64,000 nt of DNA from Marsupella aquatica. Its lineage: Eukaryota > Plantae > Marchantiophyta. Location: contig OZ316893.1 in assembly GCA_973895155.1 (NCBI GenBank), forward strand, positions 27,414,210-27,478,209, given 5' to 3'. The notes under the pieces were generated by a model. It searched no databases, had not been told where the DNA came from, and worked only from the letters and a program-made list of their open reading frames with translations. This document shows positions 25,871 to 37,920 of this stretch, piece by piece. The translations under genes were made by a program, and so were the position numbers. The first letter of the stretch is position 1; every line of letters begins with the position of its first letter.

Positions 25871-28399
25871 ATTGCACGGCATTCCACACCGGAAATCGTT
25901 TCTGGTGTGGAATTCCCACGCCACAGAATTCAATTCCCTCGACTTCGCTTCACTAGACTCTTCACTTTGGTTCTTAGAATGGAATCTCGTCAGTCCATTA
26001 TTGAATTCGGTTCTGTGAGTGAATTAGATCACCCTACACGACAAATCTGCAGTTCAGTTGTGGTATAGAATTCCTTCACTCTTGAATTCTCCTACACGAC
26101 AAATCATGTCAGCCACATGACTTCCAGGAAGGAATTCTCGTCGGTTGAACCTTACCATTTGTTTCCACTTCACAAGCATTCATGTTTTTTTTGAGGCTGC
26201 TATATGGCAGGACACCCTTTCGCTATCTTGTCTCATTCAATATGATTTGAAATGTATTTTTATGTTGATTTGGCCTAGTCCATGCTTTAGGTATGTATTA
26301 TGTACTTCACAAGCATTCATTTGGTGAACTTAAAGAGCAGAGTTATCCCGTACTAGCTATCCCTTACTAGCTTAGTACATGTGCATTGCACAAATTAAAG
26401 ATGTCCTTAAGAGAAAAAAGATGTAAAGATATGTTAAGAAAAAAAATGTGGAGTAGTCAAGATGTTTTTAAGAAAAACCATGTCATGTCACCAAAGATGT
26501 TGTTAATATGTGAAAGATGTACTGAAGTAAGACTATTAAGAAAAATGATGTGGTGTCAGCAAAGGTAATTTTTTTTGGTTTTTTTGTGAAAGATTCTTAT
26601 TAAGTACAATATGGTCGAGAACTAAAGAGATGTCTTAAGGCAAAGATGTTGTGAAATAAAAGATGTTCTTAAGGGTATGTATTATGTAGTCTGTAACAGA
26701 TGTAAAGTTAAGTAAAAAAGTTGTTGAGTAAATGATGTACATTGTTGTCACTTTTTAGCCACCCCTTGTATCCTGGAACCCCATTGGTAACCCCAAAGTT
26801 TTGGTTACTTTAAGCTTAGTTTTAATTGCTTAAAGTTGACCGAGACGGCCTACTTGGCTTTGGTTGCCCCTATGCCAATACCCCTTACTTGGGGCAACGG
26901 TAAGGCTCAGCCCACTTTTCAGTTGCACAAATTTCCTACCTCTTGCATGGAACCCCTTAGTTTGGTAACCTCATCCAAGTTAACTCAGCTCCTTAGTCAC
27001 TAACATTTTCCAACATTGGATGTTTGAGAGGAGGATCCCCTCTCAAACATCCCCGGGGCATCCCCCCTACCAACTTTGGTCCCAATATTTTGGCCCCCAA
27101 CTAATGTGTCTTCCTGTGCTACACGGAGTGTAGACATATGGGGGTCTAGCGTATTTCAAACATTTTTTGTTTTCAGCAAGTTTGGCAAATGTCAGCCTCT
27201 CTAAGGAAGGAGATGCTAGGGATGTTTTTTCTCAAATCCTGATAGTCAGATATTCCTAGATTTATAGACAATTGTTACATTCTGGCAAAATTAATGGGGT
27301 CCTGACCATGATTTGGTGGGAGAGTGGCAAATGGTATGCAGAGAATCTAGCAAAATTTTGGTGGAGTTTGGCAGAAATTTGCACCTAAAAAATACACTGG
27401 TTGGGTCCAGGCGAGGACCAGGGTTGTCTCGAGAGTTGTCGTTGTTGTCGCTTCCTCTACACTCTCCCTCGTTGTCTTGTCACTCTTCCTCATCGTCTCC
27501 TCACTCTCCCTCTCGTTGCCAGTCCATTGTCGCTGTTGCTTAAAAGCCCTCATGACCTTGGGCTTGGCATAGAGAACTCCCAAAGGGAAAGGAGCTACGC
27601 TAGTCCCTCTCTTCAAAGTTGTACCATGTACTTGGAACTCTGGATTCCTTCTCTATCGGTTGCCCTTGCTGTGGAGATGCTGTTTCTTCTTTTCCGGCCT
27701 GGATATTGTCCTCTCTCCCTCACCATCTCAGAACAGATGGGGATCCCGTCCCCGACATGACTCACTGGCATTGGAGCGCCGATCCTCCTTCTTACCCACC
27801 CTTTTGATCCTTCGGGGTCAGCTTTGTTGATATGTTCTGCCCTCCCGGGACTCTCACAGGTAGTGGGGTTCTTTCAGTCTGTCCTTTGGGAATTATGACC
27901 ATTCTCATAGTATTACAACAATATAGTGCTCCGATATGGCACCTTTTCTGATCATAAATTCCTCGTTTGGCAGTAGGTAGGTCTTCATCTGAATGAACAT
28001 ACTATGTGCTCTTATACACTTCCCAGGTCCCCCCTCAGTTACACTCTTGCTCGGATACTAACCTTGGTTCTCCTCAGGGATTTGGCTCTCTCCACTCTCC
28101 ACTTGGTTCTCCTTTCGACGAGGAATCATTTCTTTGACACTGGCGGCTAGATCTCGTCTTTGGGTCTTGGATGCGGGGTTCTTCTTCACCTAACGTAGCA
28201 GTCTCTTCGCTCTTCCTGGCACCACTGAGCTATTATTCCTCTCCTTTGACCCCTCTCGGGGACACATCTTGCACATCTTGCAGCCGGTTGTCTGGGCCAT
28301 TTTGCTGTTCATAATCTGGGCAGAGGAGGAAGTTCGAGGTTCGACGATCACATTTCTTGCCCTACCCATGCTGGACTTTCCCTTTGTAGCGGGATTCCT

Positions 28400-28921
28400 T
28401 CTCGGTGATGTTGGGGGATCAATTCCCTTTTTCCTCTGACTCGCTTCCTGTCACTGGACTATGCCTCTATGCCGTTCCCTACCCTGATGCAATTGGGGCC
28501 CCGCCGTGGTCATTGGTTGCTATCGACTGCTCTTATTGCTGGTGGACTCTTGGACCTGCTTTGGCGGCCAGTGGAGAGTGGTGCTCAGCTCAATCCTTGC
28601 CGTGCCTCGGCTGGTGTCTGGGGTTGATTGTTGCTTTGGTGTCTCCTGGGGTTGTATGGTTGGGTTTCATGGTTTATGTTTCTTCCCAATCTTGGGAGTC
28701 CTCTCCACCTCTGGTCTGCCCCCTTCTCTTGGGCAGCTTGGGAGGACTCCCTTCCCCCTTGCCGTGGGTGTGCTCCCTCTTTCAGCCACCTTTTCTTTCT
28801 GCTCGTTCCTGCCTCCTCCTCTCAGGCGGGAGATCTTGTATTGCCTTTTTTGTTGAATAAAGTTTCCCGGGCTCTGCCCTTCAATAAAAAAATTAAAAAT
28901 AAAAATAAAAATAAAATAAAA
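28400..28921 (+). mobile_element. Possible 3' end of a non-LTR (LINE-like) element
   Basis: A pyrimidine-rich tract ending in AATAAA signals and an A-rich tail (about 28883-28921); no RT motifs recognised. Confidence 0.3.
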
Positions 28922-29844
28922 GTTGTACCATGTTGGTACTCCCCTCTTTAATGCGGTACCTTGTACCTAGAGGGCTCCCAAGGGGAATGAGCTGGAATGC
29001 CCCCTCCTTCTTCTGCACCTGCAGGTACAACATACCTGACTTGTGCATCCTTGTGCCCCCTGTAATGCCACTCGTATCAGGCCTGTACCAACTTTCTTTA
29101 CCTCCCTCGCCGCTCCTTTGTGGTCTCTCCCTCTCCCTTGTTTTTTTTTCACTCTTACTGGTTCCATTTTTACCGGTTTCTATTTTTCTCACCCAAACTA
29201 CACACCAAATTTGAATGATGATCACACCATTTTTTGGTGCAACCTCTTATTATAGTTCTTGATACCCCGGCTACACATTTTGCCGTGAAGCCAGGTTAAA
29301 TTATATCATTCCATCACTCTTTTTTTTTGTTAAATCCCTCTCATGTGAAACTCACTCCCAAACTGAAATGTCTTCAGTTGGTGCAACACCTGACAGGGTT
29401 GAGTGGTAATTTAACAAACATGAGACTCAGTCTCAAACCTGGGATGGTACTGGTTTTGTGAAACAACAGAGGGCATGTGGTTTAGGCAGAGACGGTTCTG
29501 TGCAGGAACAGGGTGTGCTGGGTTTGGGGCCTCAGTAACTGCACATCAAAAGAAGGAACAGATTGTGCCTCAATAACTGCACATCAAAATATGACATGTA
29601 TATGAGGTGTCCAATATCTCAGTCTATATACCATGATAAAGCTCATTAATTTCTTTAAATCAATGAGTGCACACTATATATTACCACATTTAATGAGTGC
29701 CCACCACATACTACCCCATTCTCATGTGAGATTAGTGACACCATATATTACCACATTTAATGAGTGCACACCATATATTACCCCATTTTCATGTGAGATT
29801 ACTGGCAGGGCTGGGTTTGGACTGCTAATTTTACCAGATGCCTA

Positions 29845-29990
29845 GCACTAGTGTTGCTGGTAAGACCCAGTCCCCAACTGAGATGTGACTGGTTTGGAGC
29901 AACAACAGAGGGCATGGGCACTAGTGTCACTGTAAGACCCAGTCCCCGACGTAGATGTGACTGGTTTGGAGCAACAACAGAGGGCGTGTA
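29845..29990. repeat. ~73-bp tandem duplication, with another ~75-bp duplication at about 29660-29800
   Basis: GCACTAGTGT...TAAGACCCAGTCCCC...GATGTGACTGGTTTGGAGCAACAACAGAGGGC x2. Confidence 0.8.
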
Positions 29991-30522
29991 GTGCCCAGAC
30001 TGTATGTGAGTAGTGTTTGGAGTGCTGATATAATGTCTTGTACCGAGTCCACTTTTTGCTATACATCCATTGTGCTGTGGGAAGTGCGTCCCTAACCTAG
30101 GAAGGCCTTCCAGCCCTACAATAATTGGAAGAAGGATAAGTCCACCTCACTGTATAACCCAAGTTTTGGAAGTGTGCAATACATCTCTCTAACGTGACCC
30201 AATACCTTGAACATATTCAGCAGCAAGCAACATCATTGATCAACATCATTGACTAATATCATCCGACCCTTCACCACGTAAGAGATTAGGGGTCCCTTGA
30301 TACACTAGCTTTCAACTACACCAAAAAAATACAGATTTTTTTACACAGCTATACTATGTAGCATAGTTTTGCACTCCAGATGAGTAATCTACAGGAGTTT
30401 CTTTTCAGATACCCCACACATGCAATTTATGGACTTTCGCAGACCACAAAGTGCGGAATCACAGAAAGTTGTCTACCTTCTTACACAATATTTGGAAACC
30501 AATCATCTCTCCTTCACAGCAC

Positions 30523-30802
30523 GAACCTGTGAACTGAAAAACTAGAACCGTTGGGCTCTGTTCGGTGCTATATCAATTGGCATGACTTGTATAAGCAAAT
30601 GGAGAAGCCGAGGCCAATCAAACCCAGTCTGGACAGACTAGAGGGGTAGGTTCGTAGCTTCACACACAGCAAACGGAGATCTGGCGAACCTGTGAACTGA
30701 AAAGGTGGAACTGTTGGGCACTGTTCGGTGCCATTAAAAACCCTGTCGTGAATAAGCACATGGAGAAGGCAAGGCAAATAAAGCCAGTCTGTACAGACTA
30801 GG
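30523..30802. repeat. ~164-bp spaced direct repeat
   Basis: GAACCTGTGAACTGAAAA...CTGTTCGGTGC...ATGGAGAAG...CCAGTCTG.ACAGACTAG x2. Confidence 0.75.
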
Positions 30803-31214
30803 AAGTGGTTGTACATACTACTCGTTACTCGTCAGTCAGACAACTGGTGTGAACATTCAAACCACCAAATGAAGCCGAGCTGAGAGTTCCTGAGTTGGAA
30901 GGACACTAGAAACTATATGCATAAGAGCAACAGAAAAAAAATGACGAGCCAACAATCTCACTCGATTATTCAAATGTAGATAACTCCATTGGGTCCTAAG
31001 GTTTGAGACGAACTCCACAATTAGTTTTGACTGATGTCCAATACATGGGCGGATGAGTCATTGAGAATGCAGAGTGTACACTCCGTAACTTTCGAGTCTA
31101 GCAACTGATACACATTCAAACAATCAAAACAATTCATGGACGGAGAGTCGTCGAGCTAAATGAAAAACTATACACATGTGGGCAAGTAAAATGGAAAGAT
31201 AACGGCAGCCAGTA

Positions 31215-31580
31215 GCTTCACTATACAAATTCAGTGGTACACAACTCGAATGTGTCCCAAAAACCAATTTTCTCATACAGTATAGTCTCACTATTATTTT
31301 ACAGAAGTCCAACAATGCGCATAAACAGATGAGTAAGTGGTCACTGTATACATTCAGTGGTGCACAACTCGAATGTGTACCAAAACAGATTCTCGCATAC
31401 ACTATACCCTCACTATTATATTACACAAGCCCAACATATGGGCGTCACATATGAGGTAGTGGTCGCTATATACATTCAGTGATGCACAACTCGAATGTGT
31501 TCCAGAACAGATTCTCACATAGAGTATACTCTCCATAATATTTTAGACAAGCCCAACATATGGGCGTGCACAGATGAGTC
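31215..31580. repeat. Tandem repeat, ~125-bp unit x3
   Basis: ATTCAGTG.T.CACAACTCGAATGTGT.CCA.AA..A.A.TCTC.CATA at about 31230, 31352 and 31474. Confidence 0.85.
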
Positions 31581-32290
31581 AGCTATTACTCGACAACTCT
31601 CAAGACCGGCAACCGTTGGGCAGAGTGTTAATGAGCTCGAAGGAAAATTGAGCAAATGCAATGATTGCACAAGTATGATTAACAGACCACAAGCCGCAAA
31701 TACTGACTCACTAACTCGATGAGGCACATCTGGATGTGATCTAAATTTGCTGCATGCTCTCCAGTAGTTCTGTAGACAGAACTCCCAGGTATGAGCGGAC
31801 TAGTGGTTGTATAAGACAATCAATTCTCTCAACCCCGCAACTGACATAGACGTTCAAATAATCAGACTGTTCACGTGCTGGAAACGTCTACAAGTATGAC
31901 TGAAAGAAAACGAGCAGCAAACCCTCAACTATGTCCGGAAGCTCATTTTCATATGAAGCGCATGTCAAACCAGTATATTTCTAGCCATGTCGTTGAACTC
32001 AATTCTAACCCTAGCAGGGTGGAAGAAGAGGAAAGTGCGCACAATTGCACACAAGGTGACCTATCGCATCTGGACTCCTTTGCAGGACACCCGAAGCTCC
32101 AGAACCTCCAGGCGCTTCCATCAGACTAGTCATGTCACCCTCCAAAAATAAAAAAATAGGTGATCTATGGAACATTTCCATCACCTGATGATCATCCCGA
32201 GCGAAGTTCTCTTGACAAGCAACGCCAATCAACCTTGACGGGCACCGAGCTTCATCCCAGTATAAGAAGAGGCCATCTCCAAACCTCACA

Positions 32291-32932
32291 CTATGATGCC
32301 TTTGGTAAAGAGTTGATAAACGCGTTGTACGATGACTCCAGATCAAACAACAACTGGCGGGCTTGTTGCTCGTTAAGTTCATCTGCAGCTCCCATCTTAT
32401 TTAACCTAGCAATCCATTCCCGGCCTTTCACTTTGCCTTCAAAATCGGGCGACAACTGAGGCACCCGACTCAAAGACGACATCAAATCCGAAAGAAGGGG
32501 GTGAACCTGGTCCACAGCCACCATGTTGAGCTTCAAAGAATCCATGGCCGTGATGTAGTGTTGCACACACTCAGCAACCGCAACTGCTGTTCCCGAATCC
32601 GACGACGCGGACTTGTGCTCGACATTGGCTGGAATCCCGGAAACAAGAAGACGATTCAGCGCGGCAGGGCAGTCCATTTTGTACGCCTCCATGAACCTCT
32701 CAACATCGGGGACCGAGTCCCTCAGCGTGGTCTTCAGGGTTCGGAATTGAGCGATGAGCTTTGTGCAAGCGGGCTCATACTCTTTGGCACTGATCACGTC
32801 TCGTACATACGCCTTCTCGAGCTTCTCCGTAGTCTTTATGATGGCGAACAAGTCTGCGAAATTGTCGTACATCTCTCGCTCTCGCTTATCGGCCCATAGC
32901 TTCACCTCTTTCCCGTCCGAATACGCTGCCAT
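32291..32932 (-). CDS. VPS28: ESCRT-I subunit VPS28
   Basis: A 213-aa ORF: EVKLWADKREREMYDNFADLFAIIKTTEKLEKAYVRD...CPAALNRL...FEGKVK..WIARLNKMGAADELNEQQARQLLFDLESSYN. This is the characteristic plant VPS28 sequence, with no coding introns. Confidence 0.97.
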   Translation of the reverse strand: MAAYSDGKEVKLWADKREREMYDNFADLFAIIKTTEKLEKAYVRDVISAKEYEPACTKLIAQFRTLKTTLRDSVPDVERFMEAYKMDCPAALNRLLVSGIPANVEHKSASSDSGTAVAVAECVQHYITAMDSLKLNMVAVDQVHPLLSDLMSSLSRVPQLSPDFEGKVKGREWIARLNKMGAADELNEQQARQLLFDLESSYNAFINSLPKAS

Positions 32933-35737
32933 AATTCCGTCACCTCGAGCACATTCGATATCAAGAACCTGCTGCTGCCGAAATTCAACCTAATACCTTT
33001 CCAACTGCTCGCAGTTCGTCCTCAAATCCGCGATGTGATAATCTCGCCTTTCGTTTGGAGAGTCTCCACTATTCCAACTCCCGACTTGCCGTGCCTCACC
33101 TCACCTCACCTCACCTCGCCTCGCCTTGCTTGCCGATCCACCTAATGATCTCCTTCAGTAGAGCGGAATGTTCCTCCACAAATGGAACCCTAATATCGAA
33201 TTCAGACCAAGCACAGACGGGAAAAAGCAGTGACCGATGCCGACCTGATGAATCTTTCCGCGAGAAGAGAAACCGCAACCCTTGCAACCGAAGTTTGCGA
33301 TGCAACAACGACGAAAAAGTGGTGGTATCAGCTCACCCACCTCCCGAACAGCCTTGCCTTGCTTCGCGCCTCGCCTCGCCTCGCTTGCCGACCTGGTGGA
33401 TATTCACAGGAAAGCTTGAAATCAAAGTTTGCAACGCCACAAAGCTACATGAGAATTGGAGCCCAGGAATTGCGTGACTGTCTTGTAACAACACGTCACC
33501 GTGTGGAAACGGAAACGGAAACGGACGAAGTTTACACACGAAAAATCAGCCTCTTTACTAACTAGTAAGGGTGCTACCAAAGCAAACTAGAGGGCTCCTT
33601 AATTTCTTGTCTAAAGTTAGACTCTACACCATGAATCTTTTGAAATAATGGTGGCCTTGCAAGCGGATGGGGGGACACTGCCTTATATTCGTAAATATTT
33701 TTGTGATTTTTCTCTTTGTATATTTGAGTGCATTAATTCTCCATAATGCACCCCTTGTTTTGAGAAGGCCATGATACAAAGCACCATAAATATAGTAAAA
33801 GTAAAAATTAAATATAGTTTTACCATACAATAATAATAAATAAAATTTAGTCAAAACTTCAAGATGATAACCAAATCTTATATGGTGATACTAAAAAAAT
33901 ATCTATGAATAGAATCTAATATAACTAAAGAATGCATATTTTTGGCCAATTCCATAGCAACCACTTCTTAGATGACTCTTTAATTTGAATTTTTTATTTC
34001 AAGGATTCACTTTTTCTTGTTTGTTACCAAAAAGTCACTCAAGTTTTTACGTACATTAATGTCCTAGTTACGGGTATTATGAAAATAATGCCCTCATTTT
34101 TCAAGGCATTATATCCCACAATGCACTCTAACCAGGACATTATACTATTCATATTACCTTGTAATGAGTGAAACTCCTGCCATTACCTTTATGTATATGT
34201 TTATGGTCATTCCTTCTTCCTTAATGAGGTATTGGGAGAGACAGTATGCCGACCTGCAGGACCGGGGAGGTGTAAGCAAGCCCCCATATCTCATTAAGGA
34301 GGAACAGGGGAACCCTAAATGTACATTAAAGGTAGGGGGCTTTTGAAAACTGGAATCGGCTATTGAAAGAATACACTTGCTAGCCTGTGTGTTCATCTTG
34401 GCCCTTCATTCAGCATTGAATGGGACCACCCAGATCAGGAAGTGGCCGGCACGAGCTTCCGACGTGCCTCCTTCCGCTGCTGTACCCGCGGCCAATCTTG
34501 GCCCTTCGTTCAGGATCTCCCTTCTCGAGGCAGATCCTGGCCCTCCATTCGGGATTGCTTTTCATGATGCCAATCCCGTGGCCAAATCTGGGTCGTCCAT
34601 AGGGCTGCTCTACCCGCGGCCAATCTGGGCCGTCCATTTAGGGCGTTCAATCTGCGGCTAATCTTTGCCCTCCATTTAAAAATGAACGGCCCAGATTTTG
34701 TTTACAGGGCCAGTGGATTCCAGGGCAGGCGTTACTTAGTTTGGGAGAGCAGCAGGATGCGGCCACTTCCCATTTCACTTTCATGAAACGCCATCAAGCT
34801 GGAAGTTTGCGCAGGAGCCATTTTCGTCTCAACCGGATGAGCTTTTTTCTCGCATTGTAGCCTTTCTCCTTCGTGCTCATCGAGAGCTTCAGTTGAGTGG
34901 ATTCACTCCCCTTTGTGAATTGTAGTCGTTCCGTGTTCATTGAGAGCTTGAGTGGATTTGGGACGACTGGCTGTGGTGATTTGGGTGCAGCTGCGAGCTG
35001 CATATCCGGCTGCAAGTTGCAATTCCGGCTGCGAGTTGCATAAAGTGGCCTGGTATAGAGAGGTATAGTACTCTTTGGGTGAAAAGTAAGTACATTAACT
35101 TGGATTTACAAGTACTGTACCTTGTAGGTACAATAGTTTGTGGTTGGAAGCGAAGTAGGTTAACTTGACATACCTTTCTAATTTTAGGCTCTATGTTGAG
35201 GGGCTCTCTATTTAGATAGGGGCTCTCTATTTAGATAAGGACTCTCTGTTTAGGTGACACCTATTGACCTATCTGTTGAGCATAGACGACATTCGCAACG
35301 GCAAGCCCATGAACCATCCAACGCACAAGAGTCGACATAGAGAGATACGTGGTTCACCTCCACATGAGGCTACGTCCACGGGAACACACAAGAACTTTAC
35401 TGCACTCTAGGCCGACAGGCCATACCAAGCATCCACAGCACAAGCTCTCCCTATCTCTCAACTAGCTCCGTAAAAATGAGCCTAAGTTCCACCAGGGTCT
35501 AACACGATTTTGGACTGACCGAGAATCGTTTAGCCCGATTCCATAATATTTTTTTCTAAGGCAATGCAATCTCTGATAAAACTGCCGAAAAGTCAAAAAA
35601 ACATGAGTTGCCTACATTGTATCGCCGCGGGAATGCAGGGAGCGATACGTGCATCGGGTTTTACATTCGGTCTGTGAAAAAGTCCGAACTGCGAGTAACT
35701 TGGTCCACAACCACGTAATCGAGGGTCGACCACGCAC

Positions 35738-35811
35738 TAACCCGGGTTAAGGCGGAAAGTAACCATGGTTAAGGGGGAAAGTTACCATGGTTAGAGCATC
35801 CCCTATATAAA
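35738..35811 (+). promoter_or_regulatory. Putative promoter of element B cargo: three TAACC-NN-GGTTA palindromes plus a TATA box
   Basis: TAACCCGGGTTA at 35738, TAACCATGGTTA at 35760, TTACCATGGTTA at 35782 and TATATAAA at 35804; the layout is mirrored in element A. Confidence 0.55.
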
Positions 35812-36109
35812 GAGGAGCGGGCTGCCCATAAAAAGTTTATTTTCGCCGGAGCAAACAACACCTCACTCAGAGTGAATACTGAACTCCTATCAAGTCTTGC
35901 ATTCCTCCCAAGAGACTTGACTCTTTCTCCAGAGAACCCGATAAATTTATCGGAACTACCATTCCAGTCGAGTATCATCCATGTAAGGTTGACTTGTCAT
36001 TTGGTGTCAATGTCCTGATCCGAGAGGACTGCGATAAATTTATCGCATTCTGCATTCCTCTGTTGCATTCCTTTGATCCAGTGCGCACTCATTCCATAAA
36101 TTATATTCA

Positions 36110-36310
36110 AGGTCCGATAAATTTATCGGAGTATCCATTCTTGTGATTGATTGAAGATTGCTTAGTTGAGACTCCGATAAATTTATCGGAGTATCCATTC
36201 CTGTGATTGATTGAAGATTGCTTGAGACTCCGATAAATTTATCGGAGTTTCCATTCCTGTGATTGATTGAAGATTGCTTGAGACTCCGATAAATTTATCG
36301 GAGTTCCCAT
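36110..36310. repeat. Tandem array (56-60-bp unit, about 3.5 copies), each unit carrying the palindrome CCGATAAATTTATCGG
   Basis: Palindrome cores at 36115, 36175, 36231 and 36287, separated by AGT.TCCATTC.TGTGATTGATTGAAGATTGCTTGAGACT. Confidence 0.95.
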
Positions 36311-36518
36311 TGAGGGAGTCATGTCTTCAAGTGTGTGAGGGAGTCATGTCTTCAAGATGAATGCGAGGTGCGATAAAGTTATCGCACCCTCCTGTGAGAC
36401 TCATCTTCCTATGTTTTGTTTGGAGACTCATCTTCCTCTATGATGTCGCAGTGCTGCAGGGTTTAGGAGGCACAACGAAAGGTCGATTGCACTTGGTGGA
36501 TCAAAGGTATAGTGACAA

Positions 36519-37002
36519 ATGGCTGTCTTAATTCAAAATCATGTCAAACGTGCACGCCGGTTGTACAAGAAACTCGTGCAACGTAAAGTTCTCCCCATTG
36601 GTGTAGGAGCATTGTGGATGGGTGGTACTCATCCCGGAGATAGGCAGAATCCTCTTTGGATTGAGTTCTGCGGAATGAATGGTGCAGGAGTTCCAATCCG
36701 TTCGAGGTTGATGTTAACGGCGTGTCTCCATTCTTTGGAGTTTTCTTGTAACTATTGTTGTCGTCGTCTTGACAACAAGTACCATAAATTGGCATACTTA
36801 TGTTGTCAGATTTGGAACAAGGACCCTTGGGTCAACCTTTCATGATGAGTGTTGCGACCTTCACATTGAGGCACGTTTTGTAAGGACACATTTAAGTAAA
36901 CAAGTCCTACTCATGTGCAGCGAATACAATATGGTCCGAGTCCTAATCTATAAACTGTCGTGCAGGGTTGGTACTGTGGATATCTTTGGTTACACCTGGT
37001 GA
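36519..37002 (+). pseudogene. Orphan Cys-rich cargo ORF(s) of element B
   Basis: A 108-aa ATG ORF with CNYCC/LCC, possibly continuing by frameshift into 36769-37002. No family recognised. Confidence 0.35.
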
Positions 37003-37042
37003 TTGAAAGTACTTTTATTGGTGGTTTTGGTAGCTCTGCTTC

Positions 37043-37453
37043 ATGGCTGCGTCGGAGAACCTAATCGTTGCTAAGATGGCATCCGTATTAGCCCACAAGC
37101 GTAGGAAATATATTCAAGGAAAAGTGCCTAGTGTGGAATGCGGAAGTCTGTTGAATGGACTTCCTGATCAACTCGTTGAATCTCACATTTGGCCTCTCTT
37201 GGCGTTGTCTTGCACACAAGATGAACACCTTGGCCTTGACCTAAAACTTTTACCCGAAGAACGACTGGCTCGAATGAGAACAATCATTTGTCTTGGAGCC
37301 ACCTCGAAGAAATGGAACCATCTTGTTGTTGGTACACAATTTTGGGCTTTACTAAAATATGCAGTCCGTGAGATTAATGACATAAACCAAATGCTCGCAA
37401 GCATTCCTAATGCCGACCTTCTCTCAAACCTACATATTGCTAGGGTCTTCTGA
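37043..37453 (+). CDS. F-box-like cargo protein
   Basis: LLNGLPDQLVESHIWPLL...IICLGATSKKWNHLV matches the plant F-box pattern (LxxLPxxL...L..VSKxW..LV) with an insertion. Confidence 0.55.
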   Translation: MAASENLIVAKMASVLAHKRRKYIQGKVPSVECGSLLNGLPDQLVESHIWPLLALSCTQDEHLGLDLKLLPEERLARMRTIICLGATSKKWNHLVVGTQFWALLKYAVREINDINQMLASIPNADLLSNLHIARVF

Positions 37454-37920
37454 GAGGAAACTCATTTCCTCACTCCCATAGATATGCTTGGGTGCTTCTT
37501 GTATGACCGATTAGATGCGTTTCTTAGAGTTTGGGTGAATCTTGGAGAAAGCGGGAAGCGGACAATTCTTGCATGGCATGGACAAGTCTGAGTGGATGAG
37601 GCATTGCTGCGAACATCCGATAAATTTATCGCACTCCTCATTCCTCTGGTCGATTTAGTAATCAATTGTTTTGGGTGCTCTAAGGTTTGCTCGAGAAGAG
37701 CTTGTAAAAAAACACTTGAATGTAAATGACCCTGCCTCGCCTGACTTTGGGTTGTGTGGTCCAGAGTGTAGTTTTTTGCGCCTCTACGGATGATTAGCTC
37801 ACAAGTGCATTGGCTTCACAGCCTGTTATACAAGGTACTATAAAGTTGAATGAAACTTGTAGAATTGTAATGAGTATGTTCTCCAAAATGTATTCCTGAT
37901 TTCTATTTGCTGATCAGGTC

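Noticed and set aside
34620-34700. Inverted repeat CTGGGCCGTCCATTT / AAATGAACGGCCCAG
   Set aside because: A short hairpin, probably part of another repeat; no boundaries or TSD could be supported.
35497-35501. Alternative 5-bp TSD (GTCTA) for element B
   Set aside because: It would make the TIR ends asymmetric. The 4-bp GTCT gives AACACG...CGTGTT, and element A also ends in AACA.
36110-36310. CRISPR-like appearance (palindromic repeat with regular spacing)
   Set aside because: The intervening sequences are near-identical rather than unique spacers, there are no cas genes, and the context is eukaryotic. It is a tandem repeat.
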